This document shows, piece by piece, positions 17,573 to 25,921 of a stretch of DNA of 64,000 bases. Under the pieces are notes generated by a model that was not told the origin of the DNA, made no database searches, and saw only the letters and a program-made list of their open reading frames with translations. Every line of letters begins with the position of its first letter. Within the stretch, counting starts at the first letter, position 1. Made by a program: the position numbers and the translations under genes. Source of the stretch: Chthonomonas sp. (GTDB lineage: Bacteria > Armatimonadota > Fimbriimonadia > Fimbriimonadales > Fimbriimonadaceae); the NCBI GenBank assembly GCA_016788115.1, contig JAEURR010000007.1, forward strand, positions 152,488-216,487. The letters run 5' to 3'.

Positions 17573-17752
17573 TTAGTTTCTGCCGACTTTGTTCTCGCGA
17601 ACCGCATCCCCCGCTGGCTGCGCGCTTGCGGCGGCGCTACCCTCCGGAGCGGTGTTCTTCGTTGCGGCTTCAGCGGCCTCGTCCTTCGAACCGCAACCAG
17701 CGGCTACGAGCCCAATCGCCGCGATGGTCAGCATCAGAAGTAGCTTCTTCAT
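17573..17752 (-). CDS. Small putative lipoprotein (59 aa) with a low-complexity tail
   Basis: Reads MKKLLLMLTIAAIGLVAAGCGSKDEAAEAATKNTAPEGSAAASAQPAGD..., with an AAGC lipobox. ATG 17752 lies 7 nt after the pseudopilin TGA, with GAGGTG as RBS. Confidence 0.6.
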   Translation of the reverse strand: MKKLLLMLTIAAIGLVAAGCGSKDEAAEAATKNTAPEGSAAASAQPAGDAVRENKVGRN

Positions 17753-17759
17753 ATGCACC

Positions 17760-18653
17760 TCAGTTCCCCGCCCGATCCGGTCGGAAGAAGTGGTGGTAGG
17801 CGGGAGCGCCCGTGCTTGAGCGGCTTACCCAAGAAGCGATCGGCGTCGCGTCGGCTTTGTACTGCGAGTAAGGATCCTTCTCGGCATTGCCACAACCGCT
17901 TGGGCAGCTGACGCCTGCGTGGCCAGCGAGAGGCACCACGCGCGCCGAAGTATCGGTTCCAACCATGATGCCACTTCGGCCGAAGGCCCACACCGATCGA
18001 TAGATCCAGCCCTGCGACTCGACCGAGTTGGCAGCTCGGCCGGATACCGGAGCACCGCTCGGATTGAAGACACAAGGTCCAGGTTTGTCACACTTCAGGA
18101 CTGGGTTCGAACCTGCGAAGCCCTGCAGTCGTGCCTTACCGTAGCCGGTCCAGATCATCGTTGCTTGGCTAGGCGCAACGACTGCACTCAGCGAGTAGGT
18201 GTTCATCAGTCCGTTCATTGCGAACGAAGCGTTGGCTGGTTCCTTCCTCTTGACCGCGCTGCCCAGGTTCACCGGCAGAATCGGGAGACCCGGAGCCTCT
18301 TCGATACCGTAGTTCTTCATGTACGGCTGAACCGAGTTCGCCCACATTTGAGCATCTTCCGAAGGGATGTAGCCTGGGTCGCTGAACCAGTCCTGCGGAA
18401 TTGGCGAGTCGTAGTCCCACCAATAGCCACTGCCGTTAGCCTTTGGAGCGTACGCGTGCGGCAAGTTGTCGTCCGTGTCGCCCGCATACAGGATGAAGCT
18501 AGTGCCGATCTGCTTTGCGTTGCTGATGGCTTGGGTCTTCTTCGCGGCTTCCTTCGCTTGGGCGAAGACTGGGAAGAGGATCGCGGCGAGAATCGCGATG
18601 ATCGCGATCACGACGAGTAGTTCAATAAGCGTAAACGCCTTCGAGTTTTTCAT
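17760..18653 (-). CDS. Prepilin-type N-terminal cleavage/methylation domain protein (DUF1559-like paralog 6)
   Basis: Carries [46 protein letters not shown] and VGTDTSARVV. ATG 18653 was chosen over the track start at 18797. Confidence 0.85.
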   Translation of the reverse strand: MKNSKAFTLIELLVVIAIIAILAAILFPVFAQAKEAAKKTQAISNAKQIGTSFILYAGDTDDNLPHAYAPKANGSGYWWDYDSPIPQDWFSDPGYIPSEDAQMWANSVQPYMKNYGIEEAPGLPILPVNLGSAVKRKEPANASFAMNGLMNTYSLSAVVAPSQATMIWTGYGKARLQGFAGSNPVLKCDKPGPCVFNPSGAPVSGRAANSVESQGWIYRSVWAFGRSGIMVGTDTSARVVPLAGHAGVSCPSGCGNAEKDPYSQYKADATPIASWVSRSSTGAPAYHHFFRPDRAGN

Positions 18654-19093
18654 GACATACCTCAGTGTTTGAATAGCACTGAGATGCGGCGGGACCCGGT
18701 TGCAGGCGCAAGACCGATAGAGCGAAACGAGGACGACCCACAGATAATTGCGATGAGTCCCACCGCGAACGGTAGGAAGGACAACAAGGTCGGCCATGTT
18801 CGATATTCAGTTTTCGCGCTACAACCCCGGTCTGACACACCTTGATCAGTGCGCCATGCTGCTGTACGTCTCGAAGCAAATCAAAAAGCAAGAAAAAGAA
18901 TGATCCAGTTACTCATTCGTCGAACCCAGCTCCGATCGTGCAACAATCGTTCAAGGTTCTCCACGAAAGAGTAATGTATAGATACCTCCGACCAGTCAAA
19001 AAGTTCGGCCTAATCGCTTGAACGAATAGAACTTCAGGACCTTTGGACCGTTCAAGCGCATGCGGTCGGTAGGCATGGGCGTACACTGCCGAC

Positions 19094-20296
19094 ATGCGGC
19101 TTCGGACTGTCTTCAAAGATGCCATCACCAGCATCCGCGAGCAAAGGCACCGGGCACTGCTCTCGGGGCTCGGGGTCGCAGTCGCCTCTTTTGCTATCGT
19201 CACGCTCATTTCGATCGGTATCGGAGTGCGTCGCGATCTGACCGGCCAAGTCGAGGATCTGGGGGTGAGCACCCTCGTCGTCCTCCCCGGGCGGGTCGAA
19301 TTGGGGACCGTCAACCCGAACGTTGGGGGGCAAAGCTACCTCCGGGGATCGCACCTGGACTCACTTCGCCGTCTCGAAGGCGTCGTGAGAGTCGCCCCTT
19401 TCTCCTTCGCGGGCGGCGGGATCGAGTACCGGGGCAAACCTTCGTATCCCCTGGTCATCGCCACGACCGCCGATTGGTTTAAGATTCGACCGCAGAAGCT
19501 GAAGTTTGGTTCGATCTGGACTGATCCCATGTCGCGCGAGAGAGTCGCGGTGATTGGGTCTGTTGCCAGCGATGACCTGTTTGGCTCGGGAGTGAACCCG
19601 GTCGGTAAGAGCGTCGATATCAACGGGCGCAAGTTCCGGGTAGCTGGGGTCACGGAGGACGCCAAGGCTGGTTCGAGCATGTTCTCGATGTTTTCGCTCC
19701 AGAACGTCGTGTACACGCCTTACCACGAGTTCACAGAGCACAATGCCAAGGTTCAAATTGATCGGATCTTCATTCAGGCGGCGACCGATGCCGAGCCTAG
19801 CGCACTCATCAAACGGATCGACTCAAACCTGGGGCGGACGCTTACCTTCGCGCAGTACAGTGTGCTCACCCAAGAAGACCTCCTCGGCATTGTGTTCAAG
19901 CTGACCGGAATTCTGACTTGGCTGGTGACAGGGCTGACCAGTATCGCCCTCATCGTTGGCGGGATCGGCATCATGACGGTCATGTTGATGTCCGTCAATG
20001 AGCGCGCGCGGGAGATCGGAATCCGAAAGACGGTCGGTGCAACGAGATCCGCGATCTTTGCTCACTTCCTTGCAGAGGCGGTTTTGATCTCGCTTGCTGG
20101 CGGGCTTGCCGGACTGGCGCTCAGCTACACGACATGTCTGGCTTTGGCCGCATTCACCCAGATCAAGCCGCTCGTAACCGGCGGCACGATTTCATTGTGC
20201 CTGGTTGTTTGCTTGGGGCTTGGGATGTGCTTTGGGGTCATCCCCGCGATCAAAGCGGCGCGTCAGGACCCGGTTGAGGCCATGCGCCGAGAGTAG
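19094..20296 (+). CDS. ABC transporter permease, MacB/FtsX-like
   Basis: N-terminal TM helix, a periplasmic MacB_PCD-like domain, and a C-terminal FtsX module with three TM helices (ERAREIGIRKTVGATRSAIFAHFLAEAV). Confidence 0.85.
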   Translation: MRLRTVFKDAITSIREQRHRALLSGLGVAVASFAIVTLISIGIGVRRDLTGQVEDLGVSTLVVLPGRVELGTVNPNVGGQSYLRGSHLDSLRRLEGVVRVAPFSFAGGGIEYRGKPSYPLVIATTADWFKIRPQKLKFGSIWTDPMSRERVAVIGSVASDDLFGSGVNPVGKSVDINGRKFRVAGVTEDAKAGSSMFSMFSLQNVVYTPYHEFTEHNAKVQIDRIFIQAATDAEPSALIKRIDSNLGRTLTFAQYSVLTQEDLLGIVFKLTGILTWLVTGLTSIALIVGGIGIMTVMLMSVNERAREIGIRKTVGATRSAIFAHFLAEAVLISLAGGLAGLALSYTTCLALAAFTQIKPLVTGGTISLCLVVCLGLGMCFGVIPAIKAARQDPVEAMRRE

Positions 20297-20298
20297 CG

Positions 20299-20706
20299 TT
20301 ACTCAGCGCTTCCGTGGACCACGCCGTGGATACTGCACTCGACCGACTCACCAATTGGCTTGATATCGTAGGTGCCGCCCGAGGGGCAATCCGGTAGCCC
20401 AGTCCCCTTCAAGAACTGTGGGACCAGCTCTTCCTCAGTGACCGTGTCGCCGGGTTTCAGCTGGTTCGTCATGGCAGTGACGTCCTTGGCATCCTCGATC
20501 TGTTTCAAGTTTGCGAGGCACGTCATTCGCCGGGAACGATCGCGAGACTTGGCCCATTGGGGTACGGCGATGGCCATAAGCAACCCAACGATGAGCAGCA
20601 CGACCATCATTTCTACAAGCGTAAATGCCTTTGATTTCAAACTTTTGTACCCGGCCTGATCAAGATTCTCGGGAGCAACCAGGACATTCGTTAGATTCCG
20701 GCTCAC
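20299..20706 (-). CDS. Small type II secretion/type IV pilin-like protein (prepilin-type N-terminus)
   Basis: Carries KAFTLVEMMVVLLIVGLLMAIAVPQWAKSR, then CLANLKQIEDAKD. The start is uncertain. GTG 20706 gives a 26-aa leader; in-frame TTG 20640 would give MKSKAFTLVEMM. Confidence 0.72.
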   Translation of the reverse strand: MSRNLTNVLVAPENLDQAGYKSLKSKAFTLVEMMVVLLIVGLLMAIAVPQWAKSRDRSRRMTCLANLKQIEDAKDVTAMTNQLKPGDTVTEEELVPQFLKGTGLPDCPSGGTYDIKPIGESVECSIHGVVHGSAE

Positions 20707-20739
20707 GTGGCCCTCTTAGCTCGTTCATTTGCCGGGAAA

Positions 20740-20765
20740 GAAGTTTCACAAAATTCTGAAACTTC
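20740..20765. promoter_or_regulatory. Perfect 9-bp inverted repeat (candidate operator) in a divergent intergenic region
   Basis: GAAGTTTCA-N8-TGAAACTTC, located between the pilin-like gene (minus strand) and the ubiE-like gene (plus strand). Confidence 0.3.
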
Positions 20766-20808
20766 ATGACAATCTGAAGACTGGCGCGGTACCCTGATCT
20801 TGCGAATT

Positions 20809-21540
20809 ATGGGATCAACACAGACCCCCGAGAAGATTTGGCTGGCAGAAGGCGCGCAAAAGCGAGCTTCAGTTCAGACCATGTTCTCCCAGATCGCTCC
20901 CTCATACGATCGCGTAAACGGCCTGGTATCCCTGTTCTCGCACCGTCGCTGGCGCGCTGCGGCCGCCCGGGCTCTACGCTTGAAGCCAGGTGACCGCGCC
21001 CTGGATGCGTGCTGCGGCACGGGTGATTTTCTTCTTCCCTTGCGACTGGCCGTGACCGAGTCGGGTCGAGTCGTGGGATTTGATTTCTGCGCACCCATGC
21101 TGGACCGCGCCGTAACCAAGCCCAGGCATGGGGCGTCGCTAGCGCTTGCGGATGCATGTGCCATTCCGTTCCGCTCGAGCACGTTCGATTCGGTAAGCGT
21201 CGGATGGGGAATCCGCAATGTTCCAGACGTCGACCTTGCCCACCGAGAGGCATTCCGAGTCCTTCGCCCCGGCGGACGATTTGTGAGCGTGGATATGGCG
21301 CGGGCGAAGTTTGGCCCCGTCCGCTGGATTTCCGACCAAGTGTTTAATCGGCTTGTCCCGCTCATCGGCGGACTCTTCGGGAATCGACAGGCCTACACCT
21401 ACCTTCCCGAATCGACTGCCCGGTTCATGACCCGCGAGGAGCTCACGCAGAGCATGCGATCCGCCGGGTTCATCGACGTCACGACTCGCGACTTTATGTT
21501 CGGAAACATCTGCATGCACCTTGGGAGAAAGCCCGAATGA
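20809..21540 (+). CDS. ubiE: Demethylmenaquinone/ubiquinone C-methyltransferase (UbiE/MenG family)
   Basis: Carries VQTMFSQIAPSYDRVNGLVS (the family signature), ALDACCGTGD (SAM motif I) and YTYLPES. ATG 20809 was chosen. Confidence 0.87.
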   Translation: MGSTQTPEKIWLAEGAQKRASVQTMFSQIAPSYDRVNGLVSLFSHRRWRAAAARALRLKPGDRALDACCGTGDFLLPLRLAVTESGRVVGFDFCAPMLDRAVTKPRHGASLALADACAIPFRSSTFDSVSVGWGIRNVPDVDLAHREAFRVLRPGGRFVSVDMARAKFGPVRWISDQVFNRLVPLIGGLFGNRQAYTYLPESTARFMTREELTQSMRSAGFIDVTTRDFMFGNICMHLGRKPE

Positions 21541-22520
21541 ACGTAACCTGGCAAACCGCTTTGGAAAAGATACAGGCCGACGTGAAGCATGTGGAAGCGA
21601 CACTCGCGCGACGATGCACATCGCGGGTGCAGGTCGTGGATCAGGTCAATCGACACACCTTGGGTGCGGGGGGCAAGAGACTGCGCCCCGCCTTTCTTAT
21701 CTTGAGTGCCAAGGCCACCGGCTATCCTGTGGAGCTGGATCGGACGGTGGAACTGGCGGCGTGTATGGAGATCGTCCATATGGCCACGCTCATCCACGAC
21801 GACGTCATCGACCACAGCGACTCTCGGCGTGGTCGACCGACGGCGGCAGCCGTCTTCGGCAACACCGCCGCCATTCTCGCGGGCGACGTCCTGCTGGCCA
21901 AGTCGATGCAGATCCTCGCCGAGGACGGCGACCTGGACATCATTCGAAAGGTCAGCGCGATGGTGGTGGAGATGGCCGAAGGAGAGGCCCGCGAGGTTGA
22001 GACGCGGGGCGATTTCGACTTAAGCTTTGAGGCGCACATGGAGGTTCTCCGCATGAAGACCGCGGCGTTCGTCGAGTGCTGCTGCGAGGTCGGGGGGCTG
22101 GCCGCCCGCGCACCCAAGCTTGTGACCGACGCGCTGGCCAGCTACGGCCACCACCTGGGACTCGCGTTCCAACTCGTGGACGACGTCCTTGACTTTCGCG
22201 GTGATCCGGCGACCACCGGCAAACCCAACGCCACCGACTTCCGCGAGGGATGCGCCACCCTGCCTCTGATCGACCTGCGCGAGCACCTAACCGAAGAGGA
22301 ACTGGATTTCACCCGGAATCGCTTCGGAGCCCACCCAAGCGATGACGAGGTCCACATGATCTGCGGCTGGATGGAAACTCGGGGTTGCTACACCCGTGCT
22401 CTCGCCGCAGCGGGTCGGCACAGCGCCATGGCTCTGGGCGCCCTCGATGCACTACCCGACGGTGAAACCAAGGATCTTCTCGTCGCCATCGTCGACTTCG
22501 TTCAGCAGCGCGAGCGGTGA
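21537..22520 (+). CDS. Polyprenyl diphosphate synthase (long-chain trans-prenyltransferase)
   Basis: Carries GGKRLRP, a first DDxxD motif (IHDDVIDHSDSRRG) and a second (QLVDDVLD). Its ATGA overlaps the ubiE stop. Confidence 0.88.
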   Translation: MNVTWQTALEKIQADVKHVEATLARRCTSRVQVVDQVNRHTLGAGGKRLRPAFLILSAKATGYPVELDRTVELAACMEIVHMATLIHDDVIDHSDSRRGRPTAAAVFGNTAAILAGDVLLAKSMQILAEDGDLDIIRKVSAMVVEMAEGEAREVETRGDFDLSFEAHMEVLRMKTAAFVECCCEVGGLAARAPKLVTDALASYGHHLGLAFQLVDDVLDFRGDPATTGKPNATDFREGCATLPLIDLREHLTEEELDFTRNRFGAHPSDDEVHMICGWMETRGCYTRALAAAGRHSAMALGALDALPDGETKDLLVAIVDFVQQRER

Positions 22521-23257
22521 AACTTCTCGTTTTCGATTTGGACGGCACACTGTACCGAGGGGCCACTCCTCTGCCCGGGGCGATCGAGACCATCGCAAAG
22601 CTCCGCGAGCGGTACAAGATTCGATTTCTCACCAACAACTCAGCTCTGACCCGGCCGATGATCGCCAATAGGTTGGCGGGCATGGGTTTCCAGGCAACCC
22701 CCGAGGAGTGTTATGGGACTGCTGACGGCGTCGCCGCTCGACTGAGGGAGCTCAAACTGAGAAGTGCCCTCGTGGTCGGCGAACCTGGTCTGCATCAGGC
22801 GGTTCGAGCTGCGGGGGTCACCCTCGATGATTTCCAGCCCGATGCGATCGTGGTGGGAATCTGTCGTACGTTTAGCTACGAGCTCATGGATGCGGCGGCG
22901 CGCGCAATCCGAGCCGGTGCACGATTCCTGGCGACCAACACTGACGCCACCTATCCCATAGAGGATGGTCAGCAACAGCCCGGTGCAGGAGCAATCGTCG
23001 CAAGCATCGCCGTCGTCAGCGGGCAAGAACCCGAGGTGATCGGAAAGCCGGAGCCAACACTCATCCACCAGATCCTGCGAGAGGCAGGGGTCGATCCGGC
23101 AGACGCACTCGTCATCGGGGATCGGGTGGAAACGGATATCGTCGCGGGCGAGCGGGCCGGTTGCCCCACGTGGTTGGTGCTCACTGGCGTGACTAGCACT
23201 CCACCGCCGGGCCAAGACTACGGTCACTCGCTACTCGATCTTTTGGCTCGACTCTGA
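22517..23257 (+). CDS. HAD-IIA family hydrolase (NagD-like)
   Basis: Carries FDLDGTLYRG (HAD motif I), FLTNNS and GDRVETDI. Its GTGA overlaps the upstream stop. Confidence 0.8.
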   Translation: MKLLVFDLDGTLYRGATPLPGAIETIAKLRERYKIRFLTNNSALTRPMIANRLAGMGFQATPEECYGTADGVAARLRELKLRSALVVGEPGLHQAVRAAGVTLDDFQPDAIVVGICRTFSYELMDAAARAIRAGARFLATNTDATYPIEDGQQQPGAGAIVASIAVVSGQEPEVIGKPEPTLIHQILREAGVDPADALVIGDRVETDIVAGERAGCPTWLVLTGVTSTPPPGQDYGHSLLDLLARL

Positions 23258-24124
23258 GAGTTCCTGCTCGGCAACTCGGCTCGCGCGCAGGTTCGAAACT
23301 AGTGCATCGATGCGCGATGAACTGAACTTTGCGTCTCCGATGACACCCGGCACGTGGGCGCGCTCGGCGGTCAGCCGCTCGACTTCGGCACTCAGCAGCT
23401 TGAGCTTCTCAGCAACCTCTCGCGCCGGGTCGAAGATCGCCTTCAAGTTTGGGCTCTTGTGCATGTAGCGCTCTAGATCGCCGCCGGTCGCTTGACCGAA
23501 CTTGGCGAGCGCGCTCTCAAAGCGCAGTTCCTTCAAGTCTTCAAACGCGGATTTCAGATCATCGGGCGCTGTATGCAAGGGCTTGCCAATGCAGTGGGAG
23601 CCAAGGACCGCGAGCTCGTCCATGGCGTGGTCGGCAGCGTCCAGTATCTCGCTCTTCACTGAGTCGTAGTAGGACTTGTCCCCCTCAGAATTCCAAACCG
23701 GGGACTCAAGCGCCGCCATCACTTGGGTCCAGTAGAAAGCGCCCGCCTCCAGGACCTTGATCGCAACCGGGTCGATGTTCTTGGCAAGCGTGCGCGCACC
23801 CTTGTATTGGTAATAGCGGTCAAGCGCGGAATAGACTTGGGATCGGCGCTGCACGGACTCGCGATCGAATCGTTGCCTAAAGCCCGCGAGGAACCGTCCC
23901 AAGAAGACGCCGGCGGTCAACCCGGCCGCCGCCATGAGAATCACCTCGATTGGGCTGCCCCAAGAGGTGATGATGCCCGAGGCAAGGCAAACCATGCCCG
24001 CAACAAAGCCGGTTGCACATCCGACGCCCGTCTTGTATTCGGCCTGCTTGCGGGGGTGGAGTTGGTCGCGACGCGCCAAGTACCCCATGAAGTACGGATT
24101 CTCGGAATACGATCGTTGTGCCAC
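23231..24124 (-). CDS. Hypothetical membrane protein (2 TM helices plus a helical cytoplasmic domain)
   Basis: A long ORF directly downstream of the GT9 gene. It has two hydrophobic helices and then a charged helical region. No recognisable motif was found. Confidence 0.5.
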   Translation of the reverse strand: MAQRSYSENPYFMGYLARRDQLHPRKQAEYKTGVGCATGFVAGMVCLASGIITSWGSPIEVILMAAAGLTAGVFLGRFLAGFRQRFDRESVQRRSQVYSALDRYYQYKGARTLAKNIDPVAIKVLEAGAFYWTQVMAALESPVWNSEGDKSYYDSVKSEILDAADHAMDELAVLGSHCIGKPLHTAPDDLKSAFEDLKELRFESALAKFGQATGGDLERYMHKSPNLKAIFDPAREVAEKLKLLSAEVERLTAERAHVPGVIGDAKFSSSRIDALVSNLRASRVAEQELSESSQKIE

Positions 24125-24132
24125 GCTAGGTC

Positions 24133-25143
24133 TTAGGATACGCCAGAAGCCCGGCCGTCGACCATGCCCTTCGCCTCATGGAACACCTCTTCGACGGTGA
24201 TATTGTGCATGGAGCGCATGGGATCGTCGCCCGGGCGGTAGATGACACGATGGTCCGTGTCCCGCGGCCCCAGACGCGCCGGGTCGGTCGGACCAAACAG
24301 CGCGAGCACCCGTGTGCCGACCGCTTGCGCCATGTGCATGGGTCCGGTGTCCCCGCCGATGAACAGAGACACCTTTGAGAGGAGACCCGCGAGTTGGGTC
24401 AAAGAAGTGCGGCCCACCACGTTGAAGACCTGATCCTTGTACTGCGTGTGTGCCATGACCGCTTCACCCAGCGGACGATCGCCGGGCGATCCCGTGACCA
24501 AGCAGTACGCCCCGAGCTCGGAGACGAGCGAGTCGGCCAGCCGCCCAAAGCACTCGGGAGCCCACTGCTTAAACGGCTTCCCCGCGCTGGGGTTGAGCAC
24601 GATAATAGGTCGATCCAGACTGATTCCTGGTTCCCTTAGCAAGAAGTCGGCGTACTCCGCATCGCGGCTGGAGACGGGAAACAGCATCGGCGGCGGCGAC
24701 TCCCACTGAGCACCGACCGCCTTGGCGCGGTTCAAGTAGACGTCGATGATGTGCTGCCCTTTTTGGCTCGCGATCTTGCTGGTGTAGAAGACCTGCGCAA
24801 ACTCGCGGGCCTCGGAGGGGCCAAACCGTTTGTTGGCCCCGCTCAGCTTCGTCACGAACCCGCTCTTGAAGAGCCCTTGCAGGTCCAGCGCGATGTCGTA
24901 CCGCTCTCGGCGGAGAGACTTGCGGAGAACAACGAATTCCTCGAGCATCCGCAAGCGGTCCCAGCGGTGGACCTTGTCCAGGTTCGAATTCGACGTGATC
25001 ACCGGCGCGCAGTGTGCATGGACCGCCCACCCGAGGTGAGCGTTTGGAAAAGTCTGGCGCAACGCCGCCAGCGCCGGAGTTGCGTGAAGGCAGTCTCCGA
25101 TGGCGCTGAGCTTCACGATCAGAATGCGAGGCTGATGCGACAT
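24133..25143 (-). CDS. Glycosyltransferase family 9 (LPS heptosyltransferase-like)
   Basis: Carries ILIVKLSAIGDCLHATPALAALR and FIGGDTGPMHMA, both typical of GT9. Confidence 0.85.
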   Translation of the reverse strand: MSHQPRILIVKLSAIGDCLHATPALAALRQTFPNAHLGWAVHAHCAPVITSNSNLDKVHRWDRLRMLEEFVVLRKSLRRERYDIALDLQGLFKSGFVTKLSGANKRFGPSEAREFAQVFYTSKIASQKGQHIIDVYLNRAKAVGAQWESPPPMLFPVSSRDAEYADFLLREPGISLDRPIIVLNPSAGKPFKQWAPECFGRLADSLVSELGAYCLVTGSPGDRPLGEAVMAHTQYKDQVFNVVGRTSLTQLAGLLSKVSLFIGGDTGPMHMAQAVGTRVLALFGPTDPARLGPRDTDHRVIYRPGDDPMRSMHNITVEEVFHEAKGMVDGRASGVS

Positions 25144-25177
25144 AATTCCCTACCCAGACTATTCTACGTCGAACTTT

Positions 25178-25921
25178 ATGACGAACGGCACCGTCGCTTT
25201 TGACCCAAAACCCGATCTTCGCTGGATGTTTTGCTTTGCGCACCCAGACGACGAAGTTGCCATCGCAGCGTGGATGAGGCGTCTCGTGCTGAACGGGAAC
25301 CCAGTGCGTTGCCTCTGGCTCCACAGTACCGAGGTCCGCGAGGCCGAAAGCCGGTTGGCGATGCGCCAAATTGGCGTACCCGACGACGCCCTACGATTCT
25401 GGCGCGGGACCGACGGTTCCCTGGTAGACGAGATGGGCGAGCTACTGCCGCAGCTTGATGCGCAAGTTCAAGAGTTCCAGCCGGATCGGATGGCCGTCAT
25501 GGCCTTTGAACAAGGACATCTGGACCACGATGCCGCCAACTACATGGTAAGCCGAGCATTCGAAGGGGTGGTGTGCGAGTTCCCGATGTACTACGCGTAC
25601 TACCGGGCGTTCCAGCATCTCAACCAGTTTGCGCAACCGGATGGCGAAGAGCGACTGAGTCTCACGCCGGAGGAGACGGAGCTTAAGCGCGCCTTGCCTC
25701 GGCTCTTTCCGAGCCAGACGATGGCCCGAAACCTGTTTTGGTACAACATCGCTCAGCGGCTGATCGGTCGGAATCTCCAACTGGACACTCGCGAGCTCAT
25801 GAGGCTGAAGCTCGCAACAGACTACCGCACCCCAAACCTCCCGCCTGAGATTGCTCAGAAAGTAGCAGCCAGCAAGCTGTGGGCTCGCTGGCTGAGTGCT
25901 CTCGACAAACTAGCGGATTAG
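25178..25921 (+). CDS. PIG-L/LmbE-family deacetylase
   Basis: The AHPDDEV motif near the N-terminus and a downstream HLDH. Confidence 0.72.
   Translation: MTNGTVAFDPKPDLRWMFCFAHPDDEVAIAAWMRRLVLNGNPVRCLWLHSTEVREAESRLAMRQIGVPDDALRFWRGTDGSLVDEMGELLPQLDAQVQEFQPDRMAVMAFEQGHLDHDAANYMVSRAFEGVVCEFPMYYAYYRAFQHLNQFAQPDGEERLSLTPEETELKRALPRLFPSQTMARNLFWYNIAQRLIGRNLQLDTRELMRLKLATDYRTPNLPPEIAQKVAASKLWARWLSALDKLAD

Noticed and set aside
18622-19482. ORFs in and around the 440-nt spacer: 18622-18891(-), 18913-19314(-), 19052-19354(-), 19060-19482(+).
   Set aside because: They overlap the pseudopilin start or the ABC permease, have no family signatures, and include low-GC segments with stop-rich alternative frames.
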